A DNA stretch of 64,000 bases from Escherichia coli. Its GTDB lineage: Bacteria > Pseudomonadota > Gammaproteobacteria > Enterobacterales > Enterobacteriaceae. Position 1 is the stretch's first letter. Every line of letters begins with the position of its first letter. Below the pieces are notes generated by a model that had not been told where the DNA came from, did no database searches, and worked only from the letters and a program-made list of their open reading frames with translations. A program made the position numbers and the translations under genes. The DNA is taken from the NCBI RefSeq assembly GCF_051903065.1, contig NZ_CP178438.1; one strand, given 5' to 3'. Below, in pieces: positions 35,706-49,486 of the stretch.

Positions 35706-36569
35706 ATGATCCGCAGTATGACCGCCTACGCCCGGCGTGAAATCAAGGGTGAATGGGGGAGCGCAACCTGGGAAATGCGCTCGGTAAACCAGCGTTATCT
35801 GGAAACTTACTTTCGTCTGCCGGAGCAGTTCCGTAGCCTTGAACCTGTCGTTCGCGAGCGTATTCGTTCTCGCCTGACGCGCGGTAAAGTGGAATGTACC
35901 CTGCGCTATGAGCCAGATGTTAGCGCGCAAGGTGAGCTGATCCTCAACGAAAAACTGGCTAAACAGCTGGTAACTGCCGCGAACTGGGTAAAAATGCAGA
36001 GTGACGAAGGGGAAATCAACCCGGTTGATATTCTACGCTGGCCGGGCGTGATGGCAGCCCAGGAGCAGGATCTTGACGCCATTGCCGCTGAAATTCTCGC
36101 GGCGCTGGATGGTACGCTGGACGACTTTATTGTCGCGCGCGAAACCGAAGGTCAGGCACTGAAAGCATTGATCGAGCAGCGTCTGGAAGGCGTCACCGCC
36201 GAAGTGGTCAAAGTCCGCTCCCATATGCCGGAAATCCTGCAATGGCAGCGTGAACGCTTGGTCGCGAAGCTGGAAGATGCTCAGGTTCAGTTGGAAAACA
36301 ACCGTCTGGAGCAGGAGTTGGTTCTGCTGGCACAACGAATTGACGTTGCCGAAGAACTGGACCGCCTCGAAGCGCATGTCAAAGAGACCTACAACATTCT
36401 GAAGAAAAAAGAAGCCGTTGGTCGTCGTCTGGACTTTATGATGCAGGAGTTCAACCGCGAGTCGAACACTCTTGCGTCGAAGTCTATCAATGCCGAAGTG
36501 ACAAACTCCGCGATTGAGCTGAAAGTGTTGATTGAGCAGATGCGCGAGCAGATTCAGAATATTGAATAA
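35706..36569 (+). CDS. yicC: YicC-family stress-induced protein (endoribonuclease-like)
   Basis: 287-aa ORF MIRSMTAYARREIKGEWGSATWEMRSVNQRYLETYFRLPEQFR... Confidence 0.9.
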   Translation: MIRSMTAYARREIKGEWGSATWEMRSVNQRYLETYFRLPEQFRSLEPVVRERIRSRLTRGKVECTLRYEPDVSAQGELILNEKLAKQLVTAANWVKMQSDEGEINPVDILRWPGVMAAQEQDLDAIAAEILAALDGTLDDFIVARETEGQALKALIEQRLEGVTAEVVKVRSHMPEILQWQRERLVAKLEDAQVQLENNRLEQELVLLAQRIDVAEELDRLEAHVKETYNILKKKEAVGRRLDFMMQEFNRESNTLASKSINAEVTNSAIELKVLIEQMREQIQNIE

Positions 36570-36605
36570 CTCGTAACGCCAATTCTTACTTTTCAGCCTT
36601 CACAA

Positions 36606-36638
36606 ATGCCGCCCACTCAAACAGAGCGGCATTTTTCT
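36606..36638 (+). terminator. Rho-independent terminator after yicC
   Basis: atgccgc-ccactcaaacagag-cggcat followed by tttttcttcc. Confidence 0.7.
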
Positions 36639-36729
36639 TCCCCGCAACTTTCAATTCTGTTTTTCGTGCCTGCTCCAGATTTTGCGATGTTTTTTTGCCC
36701 AGCACACTGAGAACGTGAGATACTCACAA

Positions 36730-36745
36730 CTGTATATAAATACAG
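36730..36745. promoter_or_regulatory. LexA (SOS) box upstream of dinD
   Basis: ctgtatataaatacag is a perfect CTGT-N8-ACAG palindrome about 45 bp upstream of the dinD start. Confidence 0.85.
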
Positions 36746-36790
36746 TTACAGATTTACTTTCTTTGCAATTGATATCACATGGAGTGGGCA

Positions 36791-37615
36791 ATGAACGAAC
36801 ATCATCAACCTTTTGAAGAGATAAAACTGATTAATGCAAACGGAGCAGAACAATGGTCAGCAAGACAACTTGGGAAACTACTGGGTTATTCAGAGTATCG
36901 TCACTTTATACCTGTATTAACGCGCGCCAAAGAAGCCTGTGAGAACAGTGGTCACACAATTGATGACCATTTCGAGGAGATCCTCGATATGGTCAAAATT
37001 GGCTCAAATGCCAAAAGAGCATTAAAAGACATCGTACTCTCCCGCTATGCCTGTTACCTGGTAGTACAAAACGGCGACCCTGCGAAACCGGTCATTGCGT
37101 CAGGGCAGACTTATTTTGCTATCCAGACCCGACGGCAGGAGCTTGCTGACGATGAAGCATTTAAGCAACTTCGTGAAGACGAAAAGCGTCTGTTTCTGAG
37201 AAATGAGTTGAAAGAACATAACAAACAATTGGTTGAGGCAGCACAGCAAGCTGGGGTAGCGACAGCTACTGATTTCGCCATATTTCAGAATCATGGTTAC
37301 CAGGGGCTGTATGGTGGATTAGATCAGAAAGCTATTCATCAGCGGAAGGGGCTGAAAAAGAATCAGAAGATCCTGGATCATATGGGTTCAACAGAACTGG
37401 CGGCTAATCTCTTTCGAGCTACCCAAACAGAAGAAAAACTCAAGCGGGATGGCGTGAATTCAAAACAGCAAGCTAATACCACACACTTTGACGTGGGTAG
37501 CAAGGTGAGGCAAACCATTCAGGAACTTGGCGGAACCATGCCTGAGGAGTTGCCGACCCCGCAGGTCAGCATCAAGCAGTTGGAAAACAGTGTAAAAATT
37601 ACAGAGAAGAAATAG
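36791..37615 (+). CDS. dinD: DNA-damage-inducible protein D
   Basis: Start MNEHHQPFEEIKLINANGAEQWSARQLGKLLGYSEYRHF; preceded by the LexA box. Confidence 0.88.
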   Translation: MNEHHQPFEEIKLINANGAEQWSARQLGKLLGYSEYRHFIPVLTRAKEACENSGHTIDDHFEEILDMVKIGSNAKRALKDIVLSRYACYLVVQNGDPAKPVIASGQTYFAIQTRRQELADDEAFKQLREDEKRLFLRNELKEHNKQLVEAAQQAGVATATDFAIFQNHGYQGLYGGLDQKAIHQRKGLKKNQKILDHMGSTELAANLFRATQTEEKLKRDGVNSKQQANTTHFDVGSKVRQTIQELGGTMPEELPTPQVSIKQLENSVKITEKK

Positions 37616-37906
37616 CAGAAACTAAAAACTCTTTTTGTTGATTGAGATACCCGATGCGTAAGCCAAAGTCCAGGTGCGGTGAACACAATGGCTAAACATT
37701 GCACCTTTCTTTTCCACCCCTCAATTTTAACCTATTTTTTCTTATGCATTTTCTCAGACAAGAAGTCAGAAGAATGCATCTACGCTACAGAAAATAGCGA
37801 TTTCACATAACTACAAGTTATCAATTTCCTCTCACCTTAAAAAATCTCAATCGTGACAATACGCACAAATCGCTACCCTGCCAGACAGATTTTTAGGGAG
37901 AGAACC

Positions 37907-41084
<3,178 letters not shown>

Positions 41085-41138
41085 ACCTGATTTCAGTATC
41101 ATGCCCAGTCATTTCTTCACCTGTGGAGCTTTTTAAGT

Positions 41139-41414
41139 ATGGCACGCGTAACTGTTCAGGACGCTGTAGAGAAAATTGGTAACCGTTTTGACCTGGTACT
41201 GGTCGCCGCGCGTCGCGCTCGTCAGATGCAGGTAGGCGGAAAGGATCCGCTGGTACCGGAAGAAAACGATAAAACCACTGTAATCGCGCTGCGCGAAATC
41301 GAAGAAGGTCTGATCAACAACCAGATCCTCGACGTTCGCGAACGCCAGGAACAGCAAGAGCAGGAAGCCGCTGAATTACAAGCCGTTACCGCTATTGCTG
41401 AAGGTCGTCGTTAA
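41139..41414 (+). CDS. rpoZ: RNA polymerase omega subunit
   Basis: 91-aa [62 protein letters not shown]... Confidence 0.95.
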
Positions 41415-41432
41415 TCACAAAGCGGGTCGCCC

Positions 41433-43541
41433 TTGTATCTGTTTGAAAGCCTGAATCAACTGATTCAAACCTACCTGCCGGAAGACCAAATCAAGCGTCT
41501 GCGGCAGGCGTATCTCGTTGCACGTGATGCTCACGAGGGGCAAACACGTTCAAGCGGTGAACCCTATATCACGCACCCGGTAGCGGTTGCCTGCATTCTG
41601 GCCGAGATGAAACTCGACTATGAAACGCTGATGGCGGCGCTGCTGCATGACGTGATTGAAGATACTCCCGCCACCTACCAGGATATGGAACAGCTTTTTG
41701 GTAAAAGCGTCGCCGAGCTGGTAGAGGGGGTGTCGAAACTTGATAAACTCAAGTTCCGCGATAAGAAAGAGGCGCAGGCCGAAAACTTTCGCAAGATGAT
41801 TATGGCGATGGTGCAGGATATCCGCGTCATCCTCATCAAACTTGCCGACCGTACCCACAACATGCGCACGCTGGGCTCACTTCGCCCGGACAAACGTCGC
41901 CGCATCGCCCGTGAAACTCTCGAAATTTACAGCCCGCTGGCGCACCGTTTAGGTATCCACCACATTAAAACCGAACTCGAAGAGCTGGGTTTTGAGGCGC
42001 TGTATCCCAACCGTTATCGCGTAATCAAAGAAGTGGTGAAAGCCGCGCGCGGCAACCGTAAAGAGATGATCCAGAAGATTCTTTCTGAAATCGAAGGGCG
42101 TTTGCAGGAAGCGGGAATACCGTGCCGCGTCAGTGGTCGCGAAAAGCATCTTTATTCGATTTACTGCAAAATGGTGCTCAAAGAGCAGCGTTTTCACTCA
42201 ATCATGGACATCTACGCTTTCCGCGTGATCGTCAATGATTCTGACACCTGTTATCGCGTGCTGGGCCAGATGCACAGCCTGTACAAGCCGCGTCCGGGCC
42301 GCGTGAAAGACTATATCGCCATTCCAAAAGCGAACGGCTATCAGTCTTTGCACACCTCGATGATTGGCCCGCACGGCGTGCCGGTTGAGGTCCAGATCCG
42401 TACCGAAGATATGGATCAGATGGCGGAGATGGGTGTTGCCGCGCACTGGGCTTATAAAGAGCACGGCGAAACCAGTACTACCGCACAAATCCGCGCCCAG
42501 CGCTGGATGCAAAGCCTGCTGGAGCTGCAACAGAGCGCCGGTAGTTCGTTTGAATTTATCGAGAGCGTTAAATCCGATCTCTTTCCGGATGAGATTTACG
42601 TTTTCACACCGGAAGGGCGCATTGTCGAGCTGCCTGCCGGTGCAACGCCCGTCGACTTCGCTTATGCAGTGCATACCGATATCGGTCATGCCTGCGTGGG
42701 CGCACGCGTTGACCGCCAGCCTTACCCGCTGTCGCAGCCGCTTACCAGCGGTCAAACCGTTGAAATCATTACCGCACCGGGCGCTCGCCCGAATGCCGCG
42801 TGGCTGAACTTTGTCGTTAGCTCAAAAGCGCGCGCCAAAATTCGTCAGTTGCTGAAAAACCTCAAGCGTGATGATTCTGTAAGCCTGGGCCGTCGTCTGC
42901 TCAACCATGCTTTGGGTGGTAGCCGTAAGCTGAATGAAATCCCGCAGGAAAATATTCAGCGCGAGCTGGATCGCATGAAGCTGGCAACGCTTGACGATCT
43001 GCTGGCTGAAATCGGCCTTGGTAACGCAATGAGCGTGGTGGTCGCGAAAAATCTACAACATGGGGACGCCTCCATTCCACCGGCAACCCAAAGTCACGGA
43101 CATCTGCCAATTAAAGGTGCCGATGGCGTGCTGATCACCTTTGCGAAATGCTGCCGCCCTATTCCTGGCGACCCGATTATCGCCCACGTCAGCCCCGGTA
43201 AAGGTCTGGTGATCCACCATGAATCCTGCCGTAACATCCGTGGCTACCAGAAAGAGCCAGAGAAGTTTATGGCTGTGGAATGGGATAAAGAGACGGCGCA
43301 GGAATTCATCACCGAAATCAAGGTGGAGATGTTCAATCATCAGGGTGCGCTGGCAAACCTGACGGCGGCAATTAACACCACGACCTCGAATATTCAAAGT
43401 TTGAATACGGAAGAGAAAGATGGTCGCGTCTACAGCGCCTTTATTCGTCTGACCGCTCGTGACCGTGTGCATCTGGCGAATATCATGCGCAAAATCCGCG
43501 TGATGCCAGACGTGATTAAAGTCACCCGAAACCGAAATTAA
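41433..43541 (+). CDS. spoT: Bifunctional (p)ppGpp synthetase/hydrolase
   Basis: 702-aa ORF beginning at TTG (LYLFESLNQLIQTYLPEDQIKRL...); HD, synthetase, TGS and ACT domains. Confidence 0.95.
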   Translation: MYLFESLNQLIQTYLPEDQIKRLRQAYLVARDAHEGQTRSSGEPYITHPVAVACILAEMKLDYETLMAALLHDVIEDTPATYQDMEQLFGKSVAELVEGVSKLDKLKFRDKKEAQAENFRKMIMAMVQDIRVILIKLADRTHNMRTLGSLRPDKRRRIARETLEIYSPLAHRLGIHHIKTELEELGFEALYPNRYRVIKEVVKAARGNRKEMIQKILSEIEGRLQEAGIPCRVSGREKHLYSIYCKMVLKEQRFHSIMDIYAFRVIVNDSDTCYRVLGQMHSLYKPRPGRVKDYIAIPKANGYQSLHTSMIGPHGVPVEVQIRTEDMDQMAEMGVAAHWAYKEHGETSTTAQIRAQRWMQSLLELQQSAGSSFEFIESVKSDLFPDEIYVFTPEGRIVELPAGATPVDFAYAVHTDIGHACVGARVDRQPYPLSQPLTSGQTVEIITAPGARPNAAWLNFVVSSKARAKIRQLLKNLKRDDSVSLGRRLLNHALGGSRKLNEIPQENIQRELDRMKLATLDDLLAEIGLGNAMSVVVAKNLQHGDASIPPATQSHGHLPIKGADGVLITFAKCCRPIPGDPIIAHVSPGKGLVIHHESCRNIRGYQKEPEKFMAVEWDKETAQEFITEIKVEMFNHQGALANLTAAINTTTSNIQSLNTEEKDGRVYSAFIRLTARDRVHLANIMRKIRVMPDVIKVTRNRN

Positions 43542-43547
43542 TGTTTT

Positions 43548-44237
43548 ATGAACCCAACACGTTATGCACGCATCTGCGAAATGCTCGCCAGGCGGCAGCC
43601 TGACCTGACCGTCTGCATGGAGCAGGTCCACAAACCTCATAACGTTTCTGCGATTATTCGTACCGCAGATGCCGTTGGCGTACATGAAGTTCACGCCGTC
43701 TGGCCTGGTAGCCGGATGCGCACCATGGCTTCGGCAGCGGCGGGTAGTAACAGCTGGGTACAGGTGAAAACACACCGCACCATTGGCGATGCCGTCGCTC
43801 ATCTGAAAGGCCAGGGCATGCAGATTCTGGCAACCCATCTTTCTGATAATGCTGTCGATTTCCGCGAAATTGATTACACTCGCCCGACCTGCATTTTGAT
43901 GGGACAGGAGAAAACGGGCATCACGCAGGAAGCATTGGCCCTGGCGGATCAGGACATCATCATTCCGATGATCGGCATGGTGCAGTCGCTGAATGTTTCC
44001 GTTGCCTCAGCCCTCATTCTTTACGAAGCCCAGCGTCAGCGGCAAAATGCAGGCATGTACCTGCGTGAAAACAGCATGTTGCCGGAAGCAGAGCAACAAC
44101 GCCTGTTGTTTGAAGGCGGCTATCCGGTGCTGGCGAAAGTCGCAAAACGCAAAGGCCTGCCTTACCCCCACGTCAATCAGCAAGGCGAAATCGAAGCTGA
44201 TGCTGACTGGTGGTCCACCATGCAGGCCGCAGGGTAA
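43548..44237 (+). CDS. trmH: tRNA (Gm18) 2'-O-methyltransferase
   Basis: 229-aa ORF MNPTRYARICEMLARRQPDLTVCMEQVHKPHNVSAIIRTADAVGVHEVH...; SpoU family. Confidence 0.93.
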   Translation: MNPTRYARICEMLARRQPDLTVCMEQVHKPHNVSAIIRTADAVGVHEVHAVWPGSRMRTMASAAAGSNSWVQVKTHRTIGDAVAHLKGQGMQILATHLSDNAVDFREIDYTRPTCILMGQEKTGITQEALALADQDIIIPMIGMVQSLNVSVASALILYEAQRQRQNAGMYLRENSMLPEAEQQRLLFEGGYPVLAKVAKRKGLPYPHVNQQGEIEADADWWSTMQAAG

Positions 44238-44242
44238 GCGCC

Positions 44243-46324
44243 ATGAAAGGCCGCCTGTTAGATACTGTCCCGCTCAGTTCCCTAACGGGCGTTGGCGCAG
44301 CGCTTAGTAACAAACTGGCGAAAATCAACCTGCATACCGTGCAGGATTTACTCTTACACCTTCCCCTGCGCTACGAAGATCGCACCCATCTCTACCCCAT
44401 CGGAGAACTACTGCCGGGCGTTTATGCCACGGTGGAAGGCGAAGTGCTGAACTGCAATATCTCCTTCGGCGGTCGGCGGATGATGACCTGCCAGATCAGC
44501 GACGGTTCCGGCATCCTCACCATGCGCTTTTTCAATTTCAGCGCGGCAATGAAAAATAGCCTGGCGACGGGCCGCCGTGTACTGGCTTATGGCGAAGCAA
44601 AGCGCGGTAAATATGGTGCGGAGATGATCCACCCGGAATACCGCGTGCAGGGCGATCTCAGCACGCCAGAATTACAGGAAACGCTCACGCCGGTTTATCC
44701 AACAACGGAAGGCGTAAAGCAGGCCACGCTGCGTAAATTAACCGACCAGGCGCTGGATCTGCTCGACACCTGCGCCATTGAAGAACTCCTGCCGCCGGAA
44801 CTGTCACAAGGAATGATGACGCTACCGGAAGCGTTGCGCACTTTGCACCGCCCGCCACCGACGCTACAGCTTAGCGATCTGGAAACCGGGCAGCATCCGG
44901 CGCAACGTCGTCTGATTCTGGAAGAACTGCTGGCGCACAACCTCAGCATGTTAGCCTTACGTGCCGGAGCACAGCGTTTTCATGCCCAGCCGCTGAGCGC
45001 CAATGACACGCTGAAAAATAAACTCCTCGCCGCCTTACCGTTCAAGCCAACGGGCGCACAGGCACGCGTAGTGGCGGAGATCGAGCATGATATGGCGCTG
45101 GATGTGCCGATGATGCGCCTGGTACAGGGCGATGTAGGTTCCGGTAAAACGCTGGTCGCCGCCCTCGCCGCGCTGCGTGCGATTGCCCACGGCAAACAGG
45201 TGGCACTGATGGCACCAACCGAATTACTCGCCGAGCAGCACGCCAATAACTTCCGCAACTGGTTTGCACCGCTCGGTATCAAAGTGGGCTGGCTCGCCGG
45301 TAAGCAGAAAGGCAAAGCGCGACTGTCTCAGCAGGAAGCCATCGCCAGCGGTCAGGTGCAGATGATTGTCGGTACACACGCCATCTTCCAGGAACAGGTG
45401 CAGTTTAACGGCCTGGCGCTGGTGATTATCGACGAACAGCATCGTTTTGGCGTGCATCAGCGTCTGGCATTGTGGGAGAAAGGCCAGCAGCAGGGCTTCC
45501 ATCCGCATCAGTTGATCATGACCGCCACGCCGATCCCCCGCACGCTGGCAATGACGGCGTATGCCGATCTCGATACCTCGGTGATAGATGAGCTGCCGCC
45601 AGGCCGCACGCCAGTGACTACGGTCGCTATTCCTGATACCCGCCGTACCGACATCATTGACCGCGTGCGCCACGCCTGCATAACTGAAGGTCGTCAGGCG
45701 TACTGGGTTTGTACGTTGATTGAAGAGTCAGAGTTACTGGAAGCGCAGGCGGCGGAAGCTACCTGGGAAGAGTTGAAACTGGCGCTACCAGAATTGAATG
45801 TTGGCCTGGTACACGGGCGGATGAAACCAGCCGAGAAACAGGCGGTGATGGCGTCGTTTAAACAAGGTGAGCTACATCTGCTGGTTGCCACTACCGTTAT
45901 TGAAGTCGGTGTTGATGTGCCTAACGCCAGCCTGATGATTATCGAAAACCCTGAGCGTCTGGGTCTGGCGCAGTTACACCAGCTGCGCGGGCGCGTAGGT
46001 CGTGGCGCGGTGGCTTCTCACTGCGTGCTGCTCTACAAAACGCCGCTTTCTAAAACGGCGCAAATTCGCCTGCAAGTGCTGCGCGACAGTAACGACGGTT
46101 TTGTGATTGCGCAAAAAGATCTGGAGATTCGCGGCCCTGGCGAATTGTTAGGCACGCGTCAGACGGGTAATGCTGAATTTAAAGTGGCGGATTTACTGCG
46201 CGATCAGGCGATGATCCCGGAAGTTCAGCGCCTGGCGCGACATATTCACGAACGTTACCCACAACAGGCAAAAGCCTTGATAGAACGCTGGATGCCGGAG
46301 ACAGAACGTTACTCGAATGCGTAA
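44243..46324 (+). CDS. recG: ATP-dependent DNA helicase RecG
   Basis: Start MKGRLLDTVPLSSLTGVGAALSNKLAKINLHTVQDLLLHLPLRYEDRT; 693 aa; helicase motifs (GDVGSGKT, DEQHRFG). Confidence 0.93.
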   Translation: MKGRLLDTVPLSSLTGVGAALSNKLAKINLHTVQDLLLHLPLRYEDRTHLYPIGELLPGVYATVEGEVLNCNISFGGRRMMTCQISDGSGILTMRFFNFSAAMKNSLATGRRVLAYGEAKRGKYGAEMIHPEYRVQGDLSTPELQETLTPVYPTTEGVKQATLRKLTDQALDLLDTCAIEELLPPELSQGMMTLPEALRTLHRPPPTLQLSDLETGQHPAQRRLILEELLAHNLSMLALRAGAQRFHAQPLSANDTLKNKLLAALPFKPTGAQARVVAEIEHDMALDVPMMRLVQGDVGSGKTLVAALAALRAIAHGKQVALMAPTELLAEQHANNFRNWFAPLGIKVGWLAGKQKGKARLSQQEAIASGQVQMIVGTHAIFQEQVQFNGLALVIIDEQHRFGVHQRLALWEKGQQQGFHPHQLIMTATPIPRTLAMTAYADLDTSVIDELPPGRTPVTTVAIPDTRRTDIIDRVRHACITEGRQAYWVCTLIEESELLEAQAAEATWEELKLALPELNVGLVHGRMKPAEKQAVMASFKQGELHLLVATTVIEVGVDVPNASLMIIENPERLGLAQLHQLRGRVGRGAVASHCVLLYKTPLSKTAQIRLQVLRDSNDGFVIAQKDLEIRGPGELLGTRQTGNAEFKVADLLRDQAMIPEVQRLARHIHERYPQQAKALIERWMPETERYSNA

Positions 46325-46489
46325 AAGGCGGCAGTGAGAAGACCGCCATTTCAGGTTACCCTACCTTCCTGCCGGATGCGATTCACCCTACAAATTCAAT
46401 AAATTATGAATCAATACGCAGGCTTGATAAGCGAAGCGTATCAGGCATTTGTCTTTGTTGCGGCGGCACTTCTACCGCCGCTTCATCGG

Positions 46490-47695
46490 TTAACCGGCAA
46501 AAATCGGCAACATCAAATACAACTTAATTACCAGCGCATTGACGATATCGATAAAGAACGCACCGACCATCGGCACCACCAAAAACGCCATGTGCGACGG
46601 GCCAAAGCGTTCAGTGATCGCCTGCATGTTGGCGATTGCCGTTGGCGTTGCACCGAGGCCAAAACCACAGTGACCCGCAGCCAGCACTGCCGCATCGTAG
46701 TTTTTGCCCATCATGCGCCAGGTAACGAAGATGGCATACAACGCCATGAAGATGGTCTGTACCACCAGAATCGCCAGCATCGGCAGCGCCAGCGAAGCCA
46801 GCTCCCACAGTTTCAGCCCCATCAACGCCATCGCCAGGAACAACGACAAGCTTACGTTACCCAGCACGGATACCGCACGCTCAAAGACGCGGTAAAAGCC
46901 CATTATTGACAGACCGTTGCTCAGAATCACGCCAACAAACAGTACACAGACGAAGGTCGGCAGTTCAAAAGCAGTGCCAGCCAAAAGTTGCGCAACAATT
47001 TTCCCCACCGTCAGGCAGATAGCAATCAGCGCGATAGTTTCAATCAGCACCAACGAGGTGATCATGCGGCCCACATCCGGCTTTTCAAACGCCGTCGGGA
47101 CTTCCTGGTCATCCGGAATACCGTTCGGCGTGGTGGAGTGTTTCACCAGATAGCGCGCCACCGGACCGCCAATCAAGCCGCCCAGCACCAGACCGAACGT
47201 TGCACAGGCCATCGCCACTTCCGTCGCATTGGTGAAGCCATAACGTTCAATGAACAATTTACTCCACGCAGCGCCCGTACCGTGACCGCCGGAAAGCGTA
47301 ATAGAACCGGCCAACAGCCCCATCAGCGGATCAAGCCCTAACAGGCTAGCCATACCAATGCCAATGGCATTTTGCATCACCAACAGACCAACAACCACAA
47401 TCAAGAAGATGCCAACCACACGCCCACCGGCACGCAAACTGGCAATGTTGGCGTTCAGGCCAATGGTGGCGAAGAAAGCCAGCATTAACGGATCGCGCAG
47501 GGACATATCAAAGTTGACTTCCCAGCCCATGCTTTTTTTCAGTACTAGTAGCGCCAGCGCCACCAACAAACCACCCGCAACAGGTTCCGGTATGGTGTAT
47601 TTCTTCAAAAAGGAGACGGAATGGACCAACTTACGCCCGAGCAGCAACGTCAGCGTTGCGGCAACAAGCGTTGCTAAAGTATCGAGATGAAACAT
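46490..47695 (-). CDS. gltS: Sodium/glutamate symporter
   Basis: 401-aa ORF MFHLDTLATLVAATLTLLLGRKLVHSVSFLKKYTIPEPVAGG...; polytopic. Confidence 0.92.
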   Translation of the reverse strand: MFHLDTLATLVAATLTLLLGRKLVHSVSFLKKYTIPEPVAGGLLVALALLVLKKSMGWEVNFDMSLRDPLMLAFFATIGLNANIASLRAGGRVVGIFLIVVVGLLVMQNAIGIGMASLLGLDPLMGLLAGSITLSGGHGTGAAWSKLFIERYGFTNATEVAMACATFGLVLGGLIGGPVARYLVKHSTTPNGIPDDQEVPTAFEKPDVGRMITSLVLIETIALIAICLTVGKIVAQLLAGTAFELPTFVCVLFVGVILSNGLSIMGFYRVFERAVSVLGNVSLSLFLAMALMGLKLWELASLALPMLAILVVQTIFMALYAIFVTWRMMGKNYDAAVLAAGHCGFGLGATPTAIANMQAITERFGPSHMAFLVVPMVGAFFIDIVNALVIKLYLMLPIFAG

Positions 47696-47974
47696 AGTTA
47701 CTCCTTTGTATCCGCATCACTCTTTCATACTCGTCATACTTCATCGCGCAGTGGCAACTTCATGAACTATGACGGGTATCGAGTTATGCTTTCCTGGGTC
47801 AAATTCTCAGCTGTTAATGAACAAATGGCATGGATTTTAAGCAGAAAAATACCAAAAGTTATATAAAAAAGTGCATTTATCTCATTTAAATATTTAGATG
47901 AGGATGTGGCAAACGTTTGCTTTTCTCTTTCGGTCAGCTAAAATGCCCGCTTTGCTACCACGGGATTGTTTTCG

Positions 47975-49366
47975 ATGTCTGTTTCCACCCTCGAGTCAGA
48001 AAATGCGCAACCGGTTGCGCAGACTCAAAACAGCGAACTGATTTACCGTCTTGAAGATCGTCCGCCGCTTCCTCAAACCCTGTTTGCCGCCTGTCAGCAT
48101 CTGCTGGCGATGTTCGTTGCGGTGATCACGCCAGCGCTATTAATCTGCCAGGCGCTGGGTTTACCGGCACAAGACACGCAACACATTATTAGTATGTCGC
48201 TGTTTGCCTCCGGTGTGGCATCGATTATTCAAATTAAGGCCTGGGGTCCGGTTGGCTCCGGGCTGTTGTCTATTCAGGGCACCAGCTTCAACTTTGTTGC
48301 CCCGCTGATTATGGGCGGTACCGCGCTGAAAACCGGTGGTGCTGATGTTCCTACCATGATGGCGGCTTTGTTCGGCACGTTGATGCTGGCAAGTTGCACC
48401 GAGATGGTGATCTCCCGCGTTCTGCATCTGGCGCGCCGCATTATTACGCCGCTGGTTTCTGGCGTTGTGGTGATGATTATCGGCCTGTCGCTAATTCAGG
48501 TTGGGTTAACGTCCATTGGCGGCGGTTACGCAGCCATGAGCGATAACACCTTCGGCGCACCGAAAAATCTGCTGCTGGCAGGCGTGGTCTTAGCCTTAAT
48601 TATCCTGCTTAACCGTCAACGTAACCCTTACTTACGCGTGGCCTCACTGGTGATTGCGATGGCGGCCGGATATGCGCTGGCGTGGTTTATGGGCATGTTG
48701 CCAGAAAGCAACGAACCGATGACGCAAGAACTGATTATGGTGCCAACGCCGCTCTATTACGGTCTTGGCATTGAATGGAGTCTGCTGCTGCCGCTGATGC
48801 TGGTCTTTATGATCACTTCGCTGGAAACCATTGGCGATATCACGGCGACCTCTGACGTTTCCGAACAGCCAGTGTCCGGTCCGCTGTACATGAAACGCCT
48901 GAAAGGTGGCGTGCTGGCAAACGGCCTGAACTCGTTTGTTTCGGCGGTGTTTAACACCTTCCCGAACTCCTGCTTCGGGCAAAACAACGGAGTGATCCAG
49001 TTGACTGGTGTTGCCAGCCGCTATGTCGGTTTTGTCGTCGCGCTGATGTTGATCGTGCTGGGTCTGTTCCCGGCAGTGAGCGGTTTTGTACAACACATTC
49101 CAGAACCGGTTCTGGGCGGCGCAACGCTTGTAATGTTTGGCACCATCGCCGCCTCCGGTGTGCGTATCGTTTCTCGTGAGCCGCTGAACCGTCGGGCGAT
49201 TCTGATTATCGCGCTGTCGCTGGCGGTTGGTCTGGGCGTGTCTCAGCAGCCGCTGATTTTGCAGTTTGCCCCTGAATGGCTGAAAAACCTGCTCTCCTCC
49301 GGGATCGCCGCGGGCGGTATTACTGCCATCGTGCTGAATCTGATTTTCCCACCAGAAAAACAGTAA
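47975..49366 (+). CDS. xanP: Xanthine permease (NCS2 family)
   Basis: Start [55 protein letters not shown]... Confidence 0.9.
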
Positions 49367-49372
49367 TTCACT

Positions 49373-49400
49373 GGCGGCGGTAAGATAATTACCGCCGCAG
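49373..49400 (+). terminator. Rho-independent terminator after xanP
   Basis: ggcggcggtaa-gat-aattaccgccgc hairpin. Confidence 0.65.
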
Positions 49401-49486
49401 TCTCACCTCTTTCACCATTCCCGCCTTGAGGATTGCACGTAAATCGTGCATAACTCCCTTATGTGCATTTCACGGGATGGAAGACC

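Noticed and set aside
42198-43838. Minus-strand ORFs (185 aa, 261 aa) antisense to spoT
   Set aside because: They lie inside the spoT coding region on the opposite strand; the compositions are typical of antisense frames.
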